Assembly: GCA_018260445.1 (NCBI GenBank)
Contig: JAGLBE010000010.1
Span: 40,607-104,606 of the forward strand
Direction of reading: 5' to 3'
Origin: Psychrobacter sp.
GTDB lineage: Bacteria > Pseudomonadota > Gammaproteobacteria > Pseudomonadales > Moraxellaceae
Length of the DNA stretch: 64,000 bases
The first letter of the stretch is position 1; the number at the start of each line of letters is the position of its first letter. The position numbers and the translations under genes are program-made. The notes beneath the pieces were generated by a model. The model was not told where the DNA came from and did no database searches. It saw only the letters and a program-made list of their open reading frames with translations. This document shows positions 1 through 7,717 of the stretch, one piece after another.

Positions 1-197
1 CTAATAAAGGTGCCAAGGTTCACCACTGGCGGCGCTGCGGGCGCACCAATCATAAAAGAGATGACCGGAATAAGCAGTAAAGCACCGCCACCACCTGACA
101 CGGTTGACAGGACAAACGAGATAATGCCAGCAATAAATAAGCCAATGAGATGCCATAAGGGTATAGAATGCAGCTGGTCTAGAAGGGTTGACAGCAT
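1..197 (-). CDS. TauE/SafE (DUF81) family membrane transporter, N-terminal part; gene continues past the window edge
   Basis: Own translation of the minus strand from the ATG at 197 gives MLSTLLDQLHSIPLWHLIGLFIAGIISFVLSTVSGGGGALLLIPVISFMIGAPAAPPVVNLGTFI. It has hydrophobic helices and the Gly-rich GGGxLLxP-type motif typical of this family. It is open at the window edge, so it is absent from the ORF track. The listed 1..207 and 10..267 ORFs are other frames with implausible W/C-rich composition. Confidence 0.55.
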   Translation of the reverse strand, partial: MLSTLLDQLHSIPLWHLIGLFIAGIISFVLSTVSGGGGALLLIPVISFMIGAPAAPPVVNLGTFI

Positions 198-213
198 GGC
201 GAATCACCTAAAA

Positions 214-1576
214 CTATTTAAGCCCTTTACAATTTGCATAATAGCTGACGGTCGCTGGCCAATCTGAGAAGATACCCATCACCCCAACGTCTTGGGCTAA
301 GACATCGATATAATTCATCATATCGCCATCATTATTAATCGCATCGTCCAAACCAGTATAGTACCAACCGCCACCTTTTGCTAACGGCCCTGAGCGTTCA
401 ATCGACCAAGTAATCATCTTAAGACCCGCGGCTTTGGCGGCTTTGGCATATTGTGATGCTTGCAAATGCCCCATGCCATCACTGCTCACCAGCAACCAGG
501 TGGCAGGGGCAATAATATTAATACCTTTTGCCTTGATATCCGCCATGCTATGTTTCCAAGTGGTCGGGTCGTTTTTATCAAAGGTTTTGCCATCGGCGGT
601 CTCGTTGCTGTCATCAATCAGATACACCGCATTTTTGCCAAAATCTGGGGTATTTTTAAGCCAATAGGTCACGTCATCCATATTGAACGATTGTGCATAG
701 ACGTCAGACGCGGGCACGCCAGCTTTACGGTAAGCATTAATTAAGGCTTGACGATAATCGTCTTGAGTATAGTCGCCATATGGCATGGTCTCGCTTGGGG
801 TTTTTAGCTCTGGCGTATGTTTCATGCCTAACTTTTTGGCTAGGCTAATATGTTCAGCCAAGCTCAAGATTTGCCCATTTTGATTATAAAGATCGGTACG
901 CCAAGGTGCGGTGGCGTTCATATAATCGGCAATCGTCGTTGCCTTTTTATTGGCGGCGTCCATTTTACCTGTTAACGATTTATACTCAGCAAGGGTAATG
1001 TCCGAGGTGCGACATTCAACACTGTCAGCATTGGTCAGTTTGCCGCTAGCATCAAACGCAGGTGGGGTGGTGCAGCGGTTGGCCAAGCTGGTGGTTAAAA
1101 TATTGGTGGTGGTGTGTAAATCGTTTTGCGCATGGCGACATACCAACTGCTTATCTTTGGTGAACGCCACATCACATTCCAAGATGCCGGCGCCCATGCG
1201 TGCAGCCGCCACATAGCCATCATAGGTATGTTCAGGATATTGTAGCGGTGCGCCGCGGTGCGAGATAGAAAAATCTATTTTAACGGGCGGTTTGCCCCTC
1301 ACACGCCTTAAGCTCATTTTTTAAAGGGCCAGCATCCATATCATCCACCAAATACATCGGCCGGGTGCCATAAGTATATCCCACTGGCGTAGCGGTAGCG
1401 GGAGTGAGTGCGGGTGCAACTGGGGTAGTCGCTGCGGTAGACGCGTTACAACCGCTTATAGCCAACACAGCAGTGACAGCGGCTAAGGTATACGCCAGTA
1501 TAACCACTTTATGATGGTTTTTTGTTGGCGCTTTATGATGATTTAGGGACATTAGCGGGGGTGTTGAAATAAGCAT
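214..1576 (-). pseudogene. Glycerophosphodiester phosphodiesterase (GDPD) family lipoprotein, split by a single frameshift near 1285-1300
   Basis: ORF 1280..1576 encodes a lipoprotein signal (LAISGC) and ends at KACEGQTAR-stop. ORF 214..1317 in another frame continues KPPVKIDFSISHRGAPLQYPEHT...ECDVAFTKD...HTTTNIL, the GDPD catalytic core. The two pieces overlap by 38 nt around a CCCC/GGGG run. Confidence 0.6.
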
Positions 1577-1918
1577 AAGGGTTTCCTAAAAATACTGTAT
1601 AGGGAATATGGTAGACTAATCTGGACAAATGTACGCTAAAGAACGGCTTCAAGTTACCGTACTATGTTGACGGTTTGATGACACTATTGCTGGTTAGGGT
1701 GACTATTTTAATTAACGAGGATTTGAGCGCCCTAAACGCTGAGGTGAGTGACTTGCAAACTATCATCAAAGTCAAGAATGATAAAACTTAACACCAGGAC
1801 AGACTATAATTAACAAAACAGTAAAAGTCCCCTTTTATCTAGGTTCGCAACATACGCTTATATCTACTTATCTATATCTACTTATCTACAACACTTAATC
1901 TACAACACTGGATGTAAC

Positions 1919-2458
1919 ATGACTACCATGCCTATCACGACCAACATAGCACCACAGCATGAGTTTTGGAATATTATTCGCACCGTGCCCAACTTCCCTA
2001 AAGCCGGGGTCGATTTTTATGACATTACCCCTTTATTGCATGGCCATGTTAATGCCGTTATTGATGCGTTGCTCGCTGCATTGCCAAACGGGTTGTTAGA
2101 AAACATTGATTGCTTTGCAGCGATTGAGGCAAGGGGGTTTATCTTTGCCAGTTTGCTGGCAGGACGACTGGGTAAAGGTATGATTTTATTGCGTAAACCC
2201 GGAAAACTACCGCCGCCAGTAACGTCTAAGGCATATGCTTTAGAATATGGTGAGGATATTTTAGAGATTCAAAGCAACTTGGCCGCTCAAAAAGTATTGT
2301 TGGTTGATGATATTTTAGCAACAGGCGGCACTTTAAAAACAGCTTATGAGTTATGCTTAGAGGCGGGGCACGATGTAACGGGGGTGCTGGTATTAATTGA
2401 TTTGGTTGCCTTGCATGGCGATTTTCCAATGCCAGTTTATACAGTACTGCAAGGATAA
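1919..2458 (+). CDS. apt: Adenine phosphoribosyltransferase
   Basis: 179 aa. It has the PRPP-binding motif VLLVDDILATGGT and typical APRT length and N-terminus. Confidence 0.9.
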   Translation: MTTMPITTNIAPQHEFWNIIRTVPNFPKAGVDFYDITPLLHGHVNAVIDALLAALPNGLLENIDCFAAIEARGFIFASLLAGRLGKGMILLRKPGKLPPPVTSKAYALEYGEDILEIQSNLAAQKVLLVDDILATGGTLKTAYELCLEAGHDVTGVLVLIDLVALHGDFPMPVYTVLQG

Positions 2459-2575
2459 AGAGCGTTAAAGGCAAGGCTCGGTTGGGGTAAGCACCTGTTT
2501 TAGTGCAATGCCTATCTGTTGTTCTGTTGTTTTCCAGATGTGCCTTTAACGCTATACAGCGCCTAATATCACTAT

Positions 2576-3544
2576 TTACTTACTAAGCTTGGCTAACGCA
2601 TTCGCCAACTCATCACGCGCCGTGATAAACCCGTCAATGCCTTTGGGCAATAGATGCTGGGTGATGCGGTCTTGTTCATAAGCGGTGTTGAATTCATCGG
2701 CACTTAAGCTTACTTTTGCCATGGTATCACTCGCCATATCCGCCGATAATTGCTGCTCAACCTCGATATCAAGGGCGGCCAAATCATCGAGAAAATTTGG
2801 CGCAATGGTCAATAAGTCACAGCCTGCCAACGCCAATATTTGCTCAATGCTACGAAAACTCGCCCCCATCACTTGGGTGTGATAGCCATGCTGCTTGTAA
2901 TATTGATAGGTGCGTTGCACCGATTGCACCCCCACATCATCTGCAACTGGGATAATTTGGCGGTTTTGTTCCCGCTTTTGCCAATCTAAAATACGCCCCA
3001 CAAACGGCGATATTAAAGTCACCCCAGCATCGGCACAGGCTATGGCTTGATGCTGGCCAAAAATAAGGGTGAGGTTGCAATGAATGCCCTCTTTTTCTAG
3101 CTGCTCAGCGGCTTTAATGCCTTGCCATGTGGCGGCAATCTTTATCAAAATACGCTCTTTTGCCACGCCCGCTTTGGCGTAAGCATCCATATACTGATGC
3201 GCCTTGGCAATCGTGGCGTCTGTATCATAAGACAATCGGGCATCTACCTCGGTCGACACTCGGCCTTCTATCAGCTTTAAAATATCGCAGCCCACTTGAA
3301 TGGTCAGGTTGTCAATCACCTTGTCAATCACGTTGTCAATCATGTCATTGCCATGCGAACCCTGAGACGAAAAGCGGTTTAAAGTGTCCGCTAACATGGC
3401 TTGTTTGTCAGGGTGGGTGAGGGCTTTGGTAATTAAGCTGGGGTTGGTGGTGGCATCAACAGGTTTTAGGCGAGCAATCGCCGCAAGGTCGCCGGTATCG
3501 GCAACAATGGTGGTCATGGTTTGCAGTTGAGATAAAGCGCTCAT
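2576..3544 (-). CDS. tal: Transaldolase (TalB type)
   Basis: 322 aa. N-terminus LSQLQTMTTIVADTGDLAAI...ATTNPSLI and ILIKIAATWQGI are classic class I transaldolase blocks. Confidence 0.92.
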   Translation of the reverse strand: MSALSQLQTMTTIVADTGDLAAIARLKPVDATTNPSLITKALTHPDKQAMLADTLNRFSSQGSHGNDMIDNVIDKVIDNLTIQVGCDILKLIEGRVSTEVDARLSYDTDATIAKAHQYMDAYAKAGVAKERILIKIAATWQGIKAAEQLEKEGIHCNLTLIFGQHQAIACADAGVTLISPFVGRILDWQKREQNRQIIPVADDVGVQSVQRTYQYYKQHGYHTQVMGASFRSIEQILALAGCDLLTIAPNFLDDLAALDIEVEQQLSADMASDTMAKVSLSADEFNTAYEQDRITQHLLPKGIDGFITARDELANALAKLSK

Positions 3545-3602
3545 AGTTTTTCCTGTTTGCTAGCGTATGGCTATTGAAGAAAGTATTGGCATCAATAAGT
3601 TA

Positions 3603-3741
3603 ATTAGGACTTACGCATATTAAGAACATGTGACGACTGGCAATCATTTTTGAATCGTCTAGAGGTAGAGCGAAGCCGATCCAAAAATAATTGCCAGTCA
3701 TTTTATAACACTGTTCAATCATCTTTTGCGTAAGTCCTATT
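3603..3741. mobile_element. Roughly 139-bp palindromic MITE-like element, copy A (Correia-like)
   Basis: Terminal inverted repeats are ggacttacgca ... tgcgtaagtcc, flanked by TA on both sides. An internal second inverted repeat is gacgactggcaat / attgccagtc. A homologous copy in the same orientation lies at 58269..58410. Confidence 0.75.
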
Positions 3742-3744
3742 AAT

Positions 3745-3780
3745 AAAGAGTATAAAGAGTATAAAGGGTATAAAGGGTAT
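3745..3780. repeat. Tandem repeat, 9 bp x4 (aaagrgtat)
   Basis: Read directly: aaagagtat aaagagtat aaagggtat aaagggtat. Confidence 0.95.
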
Positions 3781-4009
3781 AGACGGTTGAGTTAGATAGT
3801 CTTAACCATAATCTTAAATAAGGCTTCATAAAGACCAAGTTATAGCGACGATGACCGTAATTTTACGTTAAATCCGCCTAAAAATGCGAATAAAGATTGG
3901 ATGTCGGGTATTGTAGCCGGTTGACAGGATGAATTGTTATGAGATTGTCCAATGCGCTCTACCATAACAGGCCTTAAGTTTGATATAGTAGGGTTTTATC
4001 CTGCCTATT

Positions 4010-4042
4010 CCCTAAAAAGCCCCTAAAAAGTCCCTAAAAACA
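4010..4042. repeat. Tandem repeat, 11 bp x3 (ccctaaaaagn)
   Basis: Read directly, upstream of pheA. Confidence 0.95.
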
Positions 4043-4116
4043 AAATTTAATAGCTTGTATCAGTGCCTGCCACACTGAGTGCGCTAAATAATTGCCACCG
4101 ACCGACACAATGAACC

Positions 4117-5367
4117 ATGGGTTTTACTATGACAACGCCAAACCATAATAGCGACACCAAACAACCCAGCAATCCATCTATGAATACCGCTGCCAACGTC
4201 AATAGCTTAGAACACCAACAAGATGATAGCCTAGATGCAAAGTTTAATGTGCCTGCTACCGATTTAAACCAGCTACGCCAAAAAATTGACAAGGTGGATG
4301 GCGAGATTTTGCAGCTCATTAGTAACCGTGCCAAGCTGGCACAAGAGGTTGCCGACTATAAAAAACAGCATAAAGAGCCTAATGATAGCGAGGGTGGTGC
4401 CAACCCTATTTTTTATCGCCCTGAGCGTGAGGCGCAGGTGCTTAAAAATATCATGCAGCGCAATCAAGCCTCAGATAGCCCGATTAGTGATGAAAAAATG
4501 GCACGCCTATTTCGAGAAATCATGTCGGTGTGCCTGGATTTAGAAGCGCCGCAAAAAATCGCCTTTTTAGGGCCAGTCGGCACCTTTACCCATGGTGCGG
4601 CCTTAAAACATTTTGGTAAAGCGGCAACCACGGTGCCACTCACCACCATTACCGATGTGTTTCGTGAAGTTGAGGCCAAAACCGCCGCTTATGGGGTTGT
4701 GCCGGTCGAAAACTCGTCCGAGGGCGTGGTAAATCATACCTTAGATGGTTTTTTATCATCATCGCTTAAAATTATAGGCGAGGTGGAATTGCCGATTCAT
4801 CAAAACTTTTTGGTCGCCGAGCACACCAAGTTAGATAGCTTAAGTCGCATCTACTCGCACCAGCAATCCTTAGCCCAGTGTCGGCATTGGCTGGATGTCA
4901 ATTATCCCAATGTCGAGCGGGTACAGGTGTCGAGTAATGGTGAAGCTGCAAAACGGCTTAAACATGAATGGCACTCGGCGGCCATTGCGGGTGACGTTGC
5001 CGTGGCCGAGTATGGGCTGCACAAACTGCACGCAAACATTGAAGATAACCCCAATAACAGCACCCGCTTTTTAATCATCGGTCATGAGGCCATTGCCCCA
5101 TCGGGTCAGGACAAAACCTCTATTTTGGTTTCTGCACCCAACAAAGCTGGGGCGCTGCTAGAAATTTTAAAGCCGTTTTCCCAGCATGGGGTTTCGCTCA
5201 CCAGTATTGAGACCCGCCCCGAACGCCCGAACAAATGGGCATACGTGTTTTTTATCGACATGGAAGGTCATATCGAGGATGACAAGGTGCGCATGGCGAT
5301 TGATGCGGTGCGCCCGTTGGTCAAAGAGGTGCGGATACTCGGCTCGTATCCCAAGGCGGTTATTTAA
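4117..5367 (+). CDS. pheA: Bifunctional chorismate mutase / prephenate dehydratase (P-protein)
   Basis: 416 aa. It has a CM domain (LRQKIDKVDGEILQLISNRAKLAQEV), a PDT domain (IAFLGPVGTFTHGAA ... TRF) and an ACT domain (ESRP-like IETRPERPNKWAYVFFIDMEGH). It also carries a low-complexity N-terminal extension, so the exact start is uncertain. Confidence 0.92.
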   Translation: MGFTMTTPNHNSDTKQPSNPSMNTAANVNSLEHQQDDSLDAKFNVPATDLNQLRQKIDKVDGEILQLISNRAKLAQEVADYKKQHKEPNDSEGGANPIFYRPEREAQVLKNIMQRNQASDSPISDEKMARLFREIMSVCLDLEAPQKIAFLGPVGTFTHGAALKHFGKAATTVPLTTITDVFREVEAKTAAYGVVPVENSSEGVVNHTLDGFLSSSLKIIGEVELPIHQNFLVAEHTKLDSLSRIYSHQQSLAQCRHWLDVNYPNVERVQVSSNGEAAKRLKHEWHSAAIAGDVAVAEYGLHKLHANIEDNPNNSTRFLIIGHEAIAPSGQDKTSILVSAPNKAGALLEILKPFSQHGVSLTSIETRPERPNKWAYVFFIDMEGHIEDDKVRMAIDAVRPLVKEVRILGSYPKAVI

Positions 5368-5404
5368 AAGGCATCACTTCTAGCCAAACAGTCAACACCA
5401 CATT

Positions 5405-5460
5405 TTAGCTCATGATCAACTTAGCTCATCATCAACTTAGCTCATCATAAACTTAGCTCA
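5405..5460. repeat. Tandem repeat, 16 bp x3.5 (ttagctcatsatmaac)
   Basis: Read directly between the pheA stop and the hisC start. Confidence 0.95.
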
Positions 5461-5478
5461 GCAAAAATAGGTCATCAC

Positions 5479-6582
5479 ATGAGTCAAAAATCGTTTACCG
5501 CTCCTGCTTACGACAGCATATTGCAATTGCAGGCATATCAAACGGGTAAGCCTGCCGAAGAGTTATCCCGTGAATATGGGGTCAGCGATGTGTTAAAGCT
5601 GGCAAGCAACGAAAACCCCCTTGGCTGCTCACCGTATGTGACCTTGGCCATCACCGAAAATTTGGGCAAACTGGCTCGCTATCCCGATGGCAGTGCTTAT
5701 TATCTCAAGCAAGCCGTTGCCGATTTTACCGAGGCTAAGCTGAATCAAATCACGCTTGGCAATGGCTCAAACGACTTGCTCGACCTTGTTGCCCGCACCT
5801 TTGTGAGTCGTGATGACGCCGTTATCTATAGCGAATATGCCTTTGTTGTCTACAGTATGATTGCCAAAATGCAAGGAGCAACTGGGGTAGAGGTGCCTGC
5901 CAAACGCTTTGGGCACGATCTAGACGCAATGCTGATTGCCATAAACGCCACCCCAAATGCCAAAGTGGTGTATATTGCCAATCCCAATAATCCCACCGGC
6001 ACCATGTTGAGCCATCAGCAAGTCAAAGACTTTGTGCAGCAAGTGCCCAGCCATGTCTTGGTGGTGCTTGACGAGGCCTATATCGAATACAGCCCCGAGA
6101 GTAATAACCGTGCCCTCATTGATGCCTTTAATAACGTTATTATTGTGCGCACCTTCTCAAAAGCGTATGGCTTGGCAGGATTGCGAGTGGGTTATGCGCT
6201 TAGTCATCCAGATGTCGCCGATATGCTCAACCGTATTCGCCAGCCGTTTAACGTCAACGTGCTAGCGCAGTCCGCCGCTATTGTGGCATTGGCAGACCAA
6301 GCCTTTATTGAGCGTGTCCACCACTTAAACGACGGGCAAAAACGCTGGCTATGCAAACAATTTGATGCGTTGGGGCTAGACTTTGTGCCATCTTATGCCA
6401 ACTTTGTGATGGTTAACGTGGGCGATGCCAAAGCCATCAATCAAGCCCTGTTACAGCAAGGCATTATTGTGCGGCCATTGGCAGGATATGGACTTGACGA
6501 GTGGCTACGCATCACCATTGGCACTCCCGAAGACAATACCCGCTTGATTGATACCCTACGTGATATTTTAGAGACGTTATAG
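5479..6582 (+). CDS. hisC: Histidinol-phosphate / aromatic aminotransferase (HisC family, class II)
   Basis: 367 aa. It has LASNENPLG, IANPNNPTG and the TFSKAYGLAGLRVGY PLP-lysine motif. Its position between pheA and tyrA/aroA matches the conserved aromatic operon. Confidence 0.9.
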   Translation: MSQKSFTAPAYDSILQLQAYQTGKPAEELSREYGVSDVLKLASNENPLGCSPYVTLAITENLGKLARYPDGSAYYLKQAVADFTEAKLNQITLGNGSNDLLDLVARTFVSRDDAVIYSEYAFVVYSMIAKMQGATGVEVPAKRFGHDLDAMLIAINATPNAKVVYIANPNNPTGTMLSHQQVKDFVQQVPSHVLVVLDEAYIEYSPESNNRALIDAFNNVIIVRTFSKAYGLAGLRVGYALSHPDVADMLNRIRQPFNVNVLAQSAAIVALADQAFIERVHHLNDGQKRWLCKQFDALGLDFVPSYANFVMVNVGDAKAINQALLQQGIIVRPLAGYGLDEWLRITIGTPEDNTRLIDTLRDILETL

Positions 6583-6694
6583 CGGTGAGGGCTATTTTTT
6601 ATGAGCGTTTTAAGGTGGTATCTACGGCAACTATTGCTGAAGACAATATAGATTATCAGTGGTATTTTTAAGGGAAATTTCGCTCCAAGAAGGC

Positions 6695-6807
6695 GTAGGG
6701 TGCGCCCCGCGCACCAATCAAACTAAAAACCAAAGTTTAGCGATAAAAACAGTAGGCGTAGGGTGCGCCCTGCGCACCAATCGAAATAGGATGTAGCCCC
6801 GCGCACC
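6695..6807 (+). repeat. REP cluster: two full GTAG-type REP hairpins (6695..6715, 6758..6778) and one half copy (6793..6807)
   Basis: The sequence is gtagggtgcgccc(c/t)gcgcacc, a palindromic ggtgcgc/gcgcacc stem preceded by GTAG. It lies immediately upstream of the RAYT gene. Confidence 0.85.
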
Positions 6808-6952
6808 AATCGAAATAGAGCGTAGTACATCTTTCGCCCTAATCAATAAAGTAAACCAAAACTTTAAAACCGTGGCATCAATTAACATAAAGAAAAATAT
6901 GACAAGCAGCGCATAGCCCAATGGCATAAAATTTAATTCAGGAATAACGACG

Positions 6953-7504
6953 TTGTCACAATACATACGTTCCTCGGCACAAGCAGGTATTTACTTTTTT
7001 ACTTTAGTAGCCTATGAGAGACGTAAAATATTGTGTAATCATGACTTATTGCTGGTATTTAAACAAAGCATTAAAAAAGTACAGCAACAATACCCTTTTG
7101 AGATAGTGGCTTGGGTACAACTTCCTGACCATTTGCATTGCATCTGGAAAATGCCGGACGATGATGCCAATTTTGGTATGCGCTGGTCACAAATCAAGCG
7201 TTTGACCACACAGGCCTGTCCGCAATACCAATTGCAAAGCCACGAATTAAGCCATTCAAAAGTTAGCAGAAACGAGAGAGGTATTTGGCAAAGACGGTTT
7301 TTTGAACACTGCATAAGAGATGAGCAGGATTTGATGAATCATATGGATTATTTGCATTACAATCCGGTCAAACACGGATTGGTAGCTAAGGTTGCCGATT
7401 GGCAATACTCAAGCTTTCATAGGTTGGTAGCTAAGGGCATTTATCCGGTAGATTGGGGCAACGATATCAGTTACTGTAAAGAATTTGGTGCAAGATTAGA
7501 ATAA
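6953..7504 (+). CDS. REP-associated tyrosine transposase (RAYT; IS200/IS605 TnpA-like Y1 HUH enzyme)
   Basis: 183 aa with a TTG start. It has the HUH motif in QLPDHLHCIW and a C-terminal catalytic-Tyr region WQYSSFHRL. The gene is flanked by oppositely oriented REP hairpins. Confidence 0.8.
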   Translation: MSQYIRSSAQAGIYFFTLVAYERRKILCNHDLLLVFKQSIKKVQQQYPFEIVAWVQLPDHLHCIWKMPDDDANFGMRWSQIKRLTTQACPQYQLQSHELSHSKVSRNERGIWQRRFFEHCIRDEQDLMNHMDYLHYNPVKHGLVAKVADWQYSSFHRLVAKGIYPVDWGNDISYCKEFGARLE

Positions 7505-7530
7505 CTCATTTAAGTTTGGAGGCAGTCAAT

Positions 7531-7551
7531 GGTGCGCGGGGCGCACCCTAC
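7531..7551 (-). repeat. REP hairpin (inverted orientation) downstream of the RAYT gene
   Basis: ggtgcgcggggcgcaccctac is the reverse complement of the upstream REP consensus. Confidence 0.85.
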
Positions 7552-7651
7552 GGAAACTACCAAGTAAAAGTTGAATTAAATTCTGCTTGATTTAAAGGGT
7601 TTTAAGATGGTATCTACGGCAACTATTTTTTATGGGTAAATTTTAATGGGC

Positions 7652-7672
7652 GTAGGGTGCGCCCCGCGCACC
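7652..7672 (+). repeat. REP hairpin inside the right copy of the 61-bp duplication (7649..7709 is identical to 6692..6752)
   Basis: Base-by-base comparison of the two segments. Confidence 0.9.
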
Positions 7673-7717
7673 AATCAAACTAAAAACCAAAGTTTAGCGA
7701 TAAAAACAGGTCAAACC

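Noticed and set aside
434-1216. Antisense ORFs inside the GDPD gene (434..667, 460..744, 950..1216) and the many similar 60-125-aa antisense ORFs inside glnE, aroA, pgk, purD, pilR and other genes
   Set aside because: Each is embedded opposite, or out of frame to, a long ORF with clear family motifs. No independent signals support them.
6718-6966. 82-aa minus-strand ORF upstream of the RAYT gene
   Set aside because: It runs through two REP hairpins and AT-rich promoter-like DNA. Its composition is hydrophobic junk. It is likely spurious.
7646-7717. N-terminal 24 codons of the ORF-track tyrA/aroA frame (MGVGCAPRTNQTKNQSLAIKTGQT)
   Set aside because: These codons translate the REP hairpin and the duplicated intergenic block. 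The Rossmann-fold N-terminus (MVFEQICIIGLGLIG) begins at the ATG at 7718.
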